Positions 53,229-64,000 of a DNA stretch of 64,000 nt are shown here, one piece after another (position 1 is the first letter of the stretch; each line of letters begins with the position of its first letter). Position numbers and translations under genes: made by a program. Source of the stretch: Eledone cirrhosa (Eukaryota). The notes beneath the pieces were generated by a model, which worked only from the letters and a program-made list of their open reading frames with translations, was not told the DNA's origin and ran no database searches. The stretch spans positions 45,570,001 to 45,634,000 of the forward strand of contig OZ024750.1 in NCBI GenBank assembly GCA_964016885.1, in the 5' to 3' direction.

Positions 53229-53627
53229 ACGTATAAGAGCATTTGAATATATATAAGCATGTGTTTGTGTGCGCACACCTCGTTGTGTATTTATGTCACA
53301 TCGAGTGTTCAAAGATTGTCCTTTCACATTTTCGATAATTTCTAAGTTGATTAAACACTAAAATCTTTAACATACTTATTAATTAGTCTCTAATTACCCT
53401 CTTCTGTAACTCGGTTAAAAGTCTATCAGCGGCGAGTACACCTGCAATGATGGAAACAGCTTTTGTTACTGTTCACCGACAGCTAGCTGAATCGACATTT
53501 AATTCGTACGAAACAAACTTGTTTTGTTCAAATAATTCATTACATGTAACTTGTCTACAGTGTAATATCCATTGATGTGTTGACTGATTAGATTGTGTTA
53601 TATATACTAGCGGTGTTATATATACTA

Positions 53628-54385
53628 GCGGTGGATTGGCAGTGTCAGTAGAGGGTCGGACGCCATGCTTTCCAGCATAGTTACGTCCCTTTACGATCTG
53701 AGTTCAAATCCCGCCGAGGTTGACTTTGCCTTTCATCCTTACGGGGTCGATAAAATAAAGTACCAGTAATGCACTGGGTAATTGCTGGCCTTGTGCCTAC
53801 AGTAGAAACAGTTATATATACTAGAACAAACATCGTGAAATAGATAACTAACAGTGGCTGTCTCATCGAAAACAAAGAAACGCACAGTTTTCAAATAACG
53901 GTGCCTGTGTTCATATCATAACTATAATAAAGTGATGAGTACGAGACTGCGTCCCAAATATATTTTTGTTATCCCGTTAGTAAGATAAGTTAGATTACTT
54001 TGAATAAATATCTGTTTCTACTTTTGGCACAAGGCCAGCAATTTTCCAGTTCATTACTGGTACTTTATTTTATCGACTCGGTAAGGATGAAAGGCAAAGT
54101 TAACTTCGACGGGATTTAAACTCAGACCGGAAAGGGACGAATGAATGAATATTAGATAATTTATCTACTAAATTTCGTAGTTGTTGATTAAACATAAATA
54201 TTCTTATATATAAGTGTTTCTAATTTGGCACAAGGCCAGCAAACCCAGTACGTTATTGGTACTTTATTTTATCGACGCCGTAAGGATGAAAGGCAAAGTT
54301 GACCTCGGCAGGATTTGAACTCAGATCGTAAGGGGACGTAACTATGCTGTAAAGCATGTCCGACCCTCTACCGATACTGCCAATT
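53628..54385. mobile_element. Three SINE copies (53628-53815+, 54012-54140-, 54215-54385-)
   Basis: Consensus match; TSD GTTATATATACTAG around the first copy. Confidence 0.85.
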
Positions 54386-54569
54386 CAGATTGCTTATTCA
54401 AATTGCTTATTTTTTAAGATTCACTTCTTTTAACATTTTCAAATGTCTACACTTCCGGTTAGCGTCCGTTATATCACAACACTTGTTACATCGCTTACGT
54501 AAACATCCATATATTTGCATGGTTATATAAGGTTTCATTACATTTCACCGTAATGCAGTTTATATATAA

Positions 54570-55505
54570 CTATCAGATTTACCCGGCGTTGCTCGGGGTT
54601 TGAAATTATGCTAAGAATATACAGCTAGGAAGTAAAAGAAGAACATTATTTCTCCCCAATCTGTCAAAATAAGCAGAAGTCTTCAATAATTAATGCAAAC
54701 GAATATTTAGTGCAATCTTTGTACACATAAAACTATGTTGATAATGAAGGAAAACCCTGAACAGGATGTAGTTATACAAATTATTAAAGACATTACACGT
54801 TGCAAATCTCTAAATAAACAGGCAGTTTTGCTAAAGTACAAAAAGTTGCAATGAAAGCAGAGTTGTATACAAACAAAAAACAATGAGAGTAGAATTAGAG
54901 AAAATCTATTCTTTGAGAGCATCCTTTGCTGTGTATGGTTAAATTTTGAACTTATAATCCAAAATATCCTGCATGACATATTCATTGGTATTATTTGTAA
55001 TGAGTAAGGTGAAGTCAAGGCAGAGCTATAATAAGTTTTTTTGTTAACACTAAAGCACTTCAGGATAGACGATATTCTTTGTTTTTCTTTTCCGAACAAA
55101 CGCAAAGAGGTGTATCTCGACTGCCAACACGTGAGCAGGCAACGTAGAATTGTGAATTCCAGTGACGGACAGAGTTTGACCTTGCGACTTGTTTATGGAC
55201 ATCGCAAAGGCAACACGAAGGGGAAAATAAGGATTGTCAATGAAGTTGGGTATCTCCTTTTTTTATAAGGATTGTCAATAAAGTTGGTTATCTCTCTTAC
55301 ATCAATTGTGCTACCGATAATTTTGATATCGCTTTTTTATTGCTCAACGTGGGTCGATTGGAAAATTGTTTGTGATCTGTCCATCTGAGCGTCCTGTGCA
55401 ACGTGCACAGAAAATTTGGTCAAATTCGGTTGGCAATTCTAAAAGCCTTAGTTATCCAAAGTTGTAACAGACACACACACATCCTCGCTTTTATATATAT
55501 AAAGA
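54570..55505 (-). mobile_element. Probable non-autonomous Helitron
   Basis: Minus strand begins A|TCTTTATATATATAAAAG..(TG)n. It ends with hairpin CCCGAGCAACGCCGGG ~11 nt before ATAG|T (degenerate CTAG). No TSD. Confidence 0.65.
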
Positions 55506-55824
55506 TATGGTCTTTTTTAAATGTATCATGGATTACTTTACTAATTACTGAAGAGGATGTAACACAGCCTCTCTTCAATTACTGTGCATATTGTCAATTA
55601 CAATTTTATTTGACATATATCTACATGCATGTGTATTTGCATATAATATAAATATACAGATTACACATGCTAGCAGAAAAACCCCCGAAGGGTGATTTTT
55701 CAGCTAGCGAATATTAAAAAAAAACGTCCCCTTTTTCACCCATGACTGACACATCATGGCTTTGCCCCATCCGAGAGAGGAACCAAGACAAGGTTTTCTA
55801 TTGGAAAGAAGTGCTCGCTCTTAC

Positions 55825-55955
55825 TCTCAATACTTCCACCTCAGCGGCAACACCGATATTTTCCAATCGTAGAGGCACCGTCATATTGCCTGTCTAGGGC
55901 AGTTTTAAACATGGCAGAGCCCAGCCCTCTCCATGTCAGAACCCATCCCTTTCTT
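55825..55955 (-). other. Candidate exon of an unidentified minus-strand transcript
   Basis: Acceptor TCTCTCTGTTTGTCTCTATAG, donor GTAAGA. Stops in all frames, so it would be last-coding, UTR or non-coding. Confidence 0.35.
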
Positions 55956-56284
55956 CTATAGAGACAAACAGAGAGAGAAATAGAGAGAGGAAGAGAGAGG
56001 GAGAGATAGAGGGGGGAGCGAGAGAAAGAAATAAATAGAGTGAGTGATAGAGAGGAAGTCGTAAAGAGATGTAGAGGGAGGAAGCATGAAAAGTTGAGCA
56101 GGGAGCTGGAACGAATACCATAAATCATTCTATCCGACGTTGTAACGACTCTGCCAATTCGTCGCTTGGAGCAGGAAGGACAAAAGCCAATACAGGTTGA
56201 CACCATTGTTGTTGCAACTAATTTTTCTAGCTCATTGGAATGGAGCAACGTGATATATCGATCCTTGCTTACGATCAAACTTAC

Positions 56285-56315
56285 CATTCGATCTGTGATT
56301 TGAAATCCCAATTTG
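56285..56315 (-). other. Candidate 31-nt exon
   Basis: Acceptor TTCTCTGCATCTACTTTTACAG, donor ATG|GTAAGT; open in all three frames. Confidence 0.45.
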
Positions 56316-56517
56316 CTGTAAAAGTAGATGCAGAGAAATATATAATCTAAGTTTTCACACAATGACATATTACAGAAAATAAGAGTTCTAGACACTGAAA
56401 ACGAAAAAAAGAAACAACCCGTAAGAATGCAGATCATGCAGTCACGACAGTCGGAGCTGCACTGGTTTGAACAGTGACAGCATGAAATTACGATAAAAGA
56501 TAAAGTTAGTATCGACA

Positions 56518-56855
56518 TAATTGTTTCTAATTTGGTCACAAGGTCAGCAATTTGAAGAAAAGGAAAAAAAATTGATTAAGTTGACACCAGTGGATTACTG
56601 GTAATTTAATTTATCTACCATGATCCACCTTGATTTATCTACCATGATCCATCATGGTTTCTGATTAAGCACAATGCCAACAATATTTGAGGAAGAGAAA
56701 AATTGATTAAATGGCCCACAGCTTATTACTGGTACATTATTCTATGGTTGAAAGGCAAAGCTAACCTCGGTGGGACTTGTATCACAACGTAATGGGTCGT
56801 AACTATATGCCGCAAAGCATATTATTCGACGCTCTACTAATACTGAAAAACCACC
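56518..56855 (-). mobile_element. Two diverged SINE copies
   Basis: TTGTTTCTAATTTGG.CACAAGG.CAGCAA and GAAAGGCAAAGCTAACCTCGG motifs. Confidence 0.7.
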
Positions 56856-57295
56856 AGTATTATGATTGCTTCTATTGGCCATACCGGTGCAGGACATTGG
56901 GGTAAATGACGAAAAGAATAAGGGGTGGGGTACAAGTCGTGTAAATTAAGGCGACATCACTGATGAGAAATCTATAGGTATAAGAATAATAGATATCAAA
57001 GATATATTGCATATGAGATGATAGTTGAGCAGAATAAAGAATGTTAACTAGTTACCCCAGTAGGGGGCAGCAGTTTAGAGTGAGATTCAGTCCCTCACAG
57101 AAAACACTAGATTACTCTGTGGTCTCGTAATACATTGAATTTACCCAAACCTGTCTTCTCTCCTTCCTTCTAGAAAAGCATATCAAATTTAAGTGCATTC
57201 AGCTTCATCCATCTCGGTGCTCTCTGGAGGAGGAGGAGGAGGGGGGGAAGAGGAGGAGGAGGAGGACGACGACGACGACGACGAGAAGAACAAAT

Positions 57296-57337
<42 letters not shown>

Positions 57338-57689
57338 AAAGTTGCATGCATATACCGCAACTGGATGTTTGTCGATCCGACGATGTGGGTTTCTGTTGTT
57401 TGATCAAAGATACAATTGGCTGAGTCTTACACGAACAGATATACACCTAACATATTTCTCGTAAGATTCGGCGTGATACATTGGTTTACAATGCTGGTAT
57501 ATTTAGTTAAAGGTATAACTTATTTTTGTCAACCTTCTGAATTAATCCAACGAGGAATTCAATGATTTACTCTAGGTTTATACGCATCGCATGGAAACAT
57601 CTCACAACTTTCTCTTGTGATCCGAAAACCCTAGGACTTATGCCACACATCTTCACTCGCATTATGACCGCAGTCTGTTAAGTAAAATA

Positions 57690-58260
57690 CGTAAAAGAAT
57701 ATAAGAATAAACAATACCCTTTGTCATAATCTCTGCAAGTCTGTGATTTGAGGTCAGCTCTCACAACCTCTGCCCAGGTATTTCTTTGTCTACTTCTACT
57801 GCGGCTTCCTTCCACTGGCATTTCCTGACAATTCTTCACCCAACGCATTACATGTTCGTACCAATGCAGTCTTCCCTCCTGCATCCCACCTTGGATTCCT
57901 TTTAAACCTAGCTTCTCTCTCAGCTCGTCCAAGCTCTGCCTTTCTCTTACACTTGAATCACACATCCAACGGAGCAAGGTTGCTTTATTTCTCTCCAATC
58001 TATGCATGTCCTCTGCAGTCACAGCCTATGTTTCACTATCATGCAGCATTGCACTTCGTACACAGGCGTCATGCAGTTGTCCTTTTGTACGTAGGGAGAA
58101 ACCGTTTGTGGTCAACAGTGAGAGTAGATGTCTGAAACTATTCCATCCTATACTTATTTTAGTTATGTGCACCGAACACCACCCTGCTCCATTGCTAATT
58201 ACATTACCTAGATAGCAGAGGCTATCAACCATTTCTATGGGTCCTTCCTGTGACAGGAAT
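57690..58260 (-). mobile_element. Decayed RTE LINE 3' part related to the 22583-25526 element
   Basis: GPIEMVDSLCYLG..GW..FR.LL.LL..GFSLR..G.L.DACVR.AMLH.SET..RLERN.A..LRWMC aligns by eye with the C-terminus of the intact ORF. Confidence 0.88.
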
Positions 58261-59083
58261 AGGTTTACATCTAAACAAATAACCAACATTTATTAATGAT
58301 GTTCTAAATAGTGACTTAATTTCTCGATCTGCTTTTTACACATATGACTCTGTTATCTACCAATAATAATTTAACACTTTATATTCTTGAGGGAGGAATG
58401 AGGCATCCTTCCTAGCAAGATTACAAGAAAATATGAGAAACATATTACATGTGACATGGCTAAAACCATGAGAAAGCCAGTGAATATCACCATTCGAAAT
58501 CCACTATTTATATTTCTAATACAAGCCCGTCAAATTTTATCCGATTTATCTAGTTTATTTATATATCAATTTGCAATGACTGAAATTATACGTCACATTG
58601 AAGTGACTACATTAATGAAGGATCTGTATTCGAACGCCATCTTGGGTGCATAAATCTCCGCCATCCAAAAGTGTGTTTCTTGCAGCTAAAACTTTAATAG
58701 ATAAATCCTCTTTTCTAATGAAGACACGAAATTCTGCTGCGAAAAGCTTGAAAATGCCGCTTAAATATGGTCTCCTCTAGTTGTTCCTGCTATTTACATG
58801 TAACTCTGTTCTGGGGACTATTTGGTGTCTCGTGATAGGCAACATTTACGCGACTATCCCACTAATTATTATGAAGAAAAAGAAGAAGAAGAAGAAGAAG
58901 AAGAAGAAGAAGAAGAAGAAGAAGAAGAAGAATGATGTCCTCTTTCCCTGAATTAATACAAGAAACGTACATTGAAACGATCGTATAGAACAGCATTAAT
59001 ATATAAATCAGATATGTATATATTGCATGAGTTAATGTCTCAATAAAGCTACGTAGCTCACATTAGAATATATCTGAATACTA

Positions 59084-59125
<42 letters not shown>

Positions 59126-59397
59126 GTCTGTGTGTGTGTGTGTGTGTGCACATGCATCAATATATATATATATAGAGAGAGGGATAGATAGATATTTGTA
59201 TGATTGTATGATTGTATATAAATATATATAAAACCTTTTCCATGACTTTATCTTAATATGATTTTCTTAGCTATCTCACGAGATTTTCTTTTAAAATATT
59301 TGCGTCAAATAACATTCTTTGAGAGTGCCTTTGTATCTATTAGAGTAAGACATTTAACAGTTTGCAAATCATCCATTTATAACAAAAAAAAACCGTA

Positions 59398-59544
<147 letters not shown>

Positions 59545-59912
59545 TTATAAATATATATATATATATTTATAGAGAAAGAGAACAGAATTTCACTGCTGAA
59601 AGGAATATAAAAGTGTATACTTTATTATTCCAGTAAATCCCACGATACAAAACAAGTAAACATACCATTATATTTGTTAGAACACATAATTGGTGAAAAC
59701 ATATCTACACATATATTGATAAGTGTTGATCTATATGCAGTTATATTCATATGTACGTATGAAATGTTTACAGTGAATATCTAATACGAATATACGCACA
59801 CTTTAACACACAGGCAATTAAATATGTATATATATATATATACATACATATATATATATATAGATATATATTTAATTACCTCTACCATATATATATATAT
59901 ATATGTGTGTGG

Positions 59913-60247
<335 letters not shown>

Positions 60248-60309
60248 TATATATAAATATATATATACAGAGGGAGACAGGGCGGAGATTTCCAAACATA
60301 TTATTATAC

Positions 60310-60342
<33 letters not shown>

Positions 60343-60656
60343 TCACATACATACTTACATATATATGCATAAATATCAAAGTATATATAGACATTCAAGC
60401 ATCTTCGACTGAGTTTTTGTGTCTATGTGGTGATGGTGTTGTACGTGTGTGCGTGAGTGTGTGTAGATGGTGGGGTACACATGTGTGAGTGTTTGTATGT
60501 TTTTTCCATGTGTTTCCGTGTGTGTAGCATGTCTGTGTTAGAAGCCTAACAACGTAGCAACGTTTCTTAAATATCTATATACATATATATATGTGTGATA
60601 ATTTGCGTATTAATACATACAGATCTGTAAACGCTTCTGTATATGTTTATGTCACG

Positions 60657-60826
60657 TTGGTAGAGGGTCGGACGCCATGCTTTGCAGCACAGTTACGTCC
60701 CTTTCCGAACTGAGTTCAAATCCCGCCGAGGTTAACTTTGCCTTTCATCCTTACTGGGTCGATAAAATAAAGTACCAGTAATACACTGGGATAATTGCTG
60801 GCCTTGTGCCAACTGTAGAAACAATT
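60657..60826 (+). mobile_element. SINE
   Basis: Consensus match. Confidence 0.88.
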
Positions 60827-60934
60827 AAGTACATATACGCACATACATACTTGCATACATACTACCTAGGTACATAGAAGCAAACATCACACATACCACA
60901 ACACACATAAATAAATAAATAAATAAATATATAT

Positions 60935-61307
60935 GTAAATATCTTTAAGTCGTTTAGAAGCCTCGACAATGCAAATGGGTAAATCTCCGGGTAACAAGGT
61001 CCGGTGGTGGAGAGAGAGATGTAATTGGGTGTATGTTGAGATGCGGAAAAAAAAACCCAGTTGATTGATGTGAATCCGAAATATATAGGGACTATTAAAT
61101 CTCTCTCAAGGTAACTCTCTCTTGTGTTGTTATTTTTATTTTAACCTTTATACTCTTCCCTCATTCTACACATCTCACACATCTTATACACACCACGCAT
61201 CTCAACATACACCCAATTACATCTCTCTCTCCACCACCGGACCTTGTTACCCGGAGATTTACCCATTTGCATTGTCGAGGCTTCCAAACGACTTAAAGAT
61301 ATTTACT
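60935..61307. mobile_element. Family F element with ~110-bp inverted copy of its 3' end
   Basis: Arms 60935-61044 / 61196-61307; ATCC GAAA TATA TA GGGACT in between. Confidence 0.8.
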
Positions 61308-61347
61308 TATTGTTGCACAATGCTTCAAGCAAATTTCAATACTCTCT

Positions 61348-61395
<48 letters not shown>

Positions 61396-61439
61396 TATCA
61401 AAATATATATAGACATTCAAGTATGTTCGACTGAGTGTT

Positions 61440-61521
<82 letters not shown>

Positions 61522-61672
61522 TTAAAACAATGAAATAAAAATTCATAACTGTCTTACTTTTGATGTTTTACTGTTTTCCGGGATTTGTTTTTACCTACAA
61601 CATTTTCAACATATGGATTATATTGAGTTCTTCATGCAGATTAGACCCCAGAACTTACCGTGGATATTTATG

Positions 61673-61703
<31 letters not shown>

Positions 61704-61715
61704 ATATCTATATGA

Positions 61716-61797
<82 letters not shown>

Positions 61798-61816
61798 GTA
61801 TGTATATTTATATATG

Positions 61817-61906
<90 letters not shown>

Positions 61907-61914
61907 TATATATA

Positions 61915-62500
61915 TATTGTTATACTTTGGGAGGGTCATGTTGCCAATAAGAAACACACGCACCAGTTGATTTCACTTCAATTTATTATATATTTATAAA
62001 TTTACAAATTTACAAATTTACAAACTTATAAATTTCTGGTTGGTTGGTTCCGCAACCAGATAGTTGTTTATATATATAGTCATAGTCCTTTCGTCACACA
62101 CTCTGTGACCTCTTCAGTGACTGGGGATTCCTTTCTTCGTTTCTGTGCCTTTCCTTTCTTCTATCCTACGCCATTTTGTTTATGTGTGTGTGTTGTGTGC
62201 TCAGTTTGCGCATGCGCCACATCCGGGTGTCTGTGTGTGTTTGTGTTCATTTTTCTATTTTTCTATTTATATTTTTCTATTTGTTTATTTATTTATTTAT
62301 TTATTGTTGGTTGGTTGTTTGTTCTATGTGTGTGTGTGTTTTCATTTTGTCCTGTGTGTGTTTTCATTTTGTGTGTGTTTTCAATTGTAAGTTGTTTGTT
62401 CTATGCGTATTGGCAACATGACCCTCCCAAAGTATAACAATATCGGTTTCAACACACGATTTCAGATAAAGAATCTTGCTAAACAAATTCAGAAACGAAA
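61915..62500 (-). mobile_element. Family E element with inverted terminal copy; hammerhead at 62078-62122 (-)
   Basis: Minus strand AGTCA CTGAAGA g GTCACA-gagtg-TGTGAC GAAA GGAC TA TGACT. 35-bp inverted ends at 61915-61949 / 62408-62442. Confidence 0.8.
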
Positions 62501-62526
62501 TATATATATATATTTATATCTATAAG

Positions 62527-62616
<90 letters not shown>

Positions 62617-63005
62617 GTGGAGAGATACACGAAGGCTTGTCGGCGTAGATGCCGAAAAATGCCAAATAGAAATAACAATTAAAAATTTAAGAAACCATTA
62701 CCCATTTCTATTAGTTTTGTATAACGTTGAATGTTTATCGAAATTTATACAACTTTTTGCATATATTTGCATATGAAGTAATGTATATATGCATGTGTGA
62801 TTGCATGCAGATTTCTTGAAGAATCTGCCGCTAATGGGCTGTCGGAAATTATTTATTGTAATTAGAGGAAATAACGGGATAACATTGGTTTCCTGCAAAA
62901 ATAATGATTAAAAACATGATAGGATATATTAATGATATAGGACAGTTTCTACAGATTTACATTTCTAACTTTCTACTCTATTTGAAGGACAAATAGCTTG
63001 TGTTA

Positions 63006-63123
<118 letters not shown>

Positions 63124-63161
63124 GTGAGGTTTTTTTTACAAAATGAAAAATAACCGAGGTG

Positions 63162-63984
<823 letters not shown>

Positions 63985-64000
63985 CATATATATATATATA

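Noticed and set aside
55841-56539. 232-aa Cys-rich ORF with signal-peptide-like start
   Set aside because: It starts in a SINE, runs through a second SINE head and a (CT)n tract, and crosses strong splice sites, so it is not a coherent CDS.

Overview
AT-rich eukaryotic genomic DNA saturated with (TA)n/(CA)n/(GA)n microsatellites. The repeat repertoire (a tRNA-derived SINE in >20 copies, RTE LINEs, extreme dinucleotide density) suggests a cephalopod, probably Octopus (inference). No host protein-coding gene could be recognised. Nearly all ORFs in the track are microsatellite artefacts, and only a few weak splice-site-bounded candidate exons were seen. The one long real ORF (22583-25228) is an uninterrupted, 5'-truncated RTE-clade LINE (APE endonuclease part + RT) with a C4HC3 PHD finger inside the RT. 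Also present: decayed RTE and R4/Dong-like LINEs, a hAT MITE with a perfect 8-bp TSD, a probable Helitron, an 86-bp minisatellite and a 2-kb GT-rich trinucleotide satellite. The main discovery is a dense population (about 30 copies, at least 12 sequence families, labelled here with arbitrary letters) of short elements that sit in (TA)n tracts. Many carry type I hammerhead ribozymes with palindromic stem III, and one carries a Penelope-type GIY-YIG endonuclease C-terminus. Most are fold-back (inverted-duplicated) structures whose turning points lie at ribozyme helices or micro-palindromes. Eight of the families share a short GAGT(A/G/T)C motif about 28-60 nt before the 3' (TA)n junction. All structures were read by eye, so coordinates of decayed repeats are approximate.
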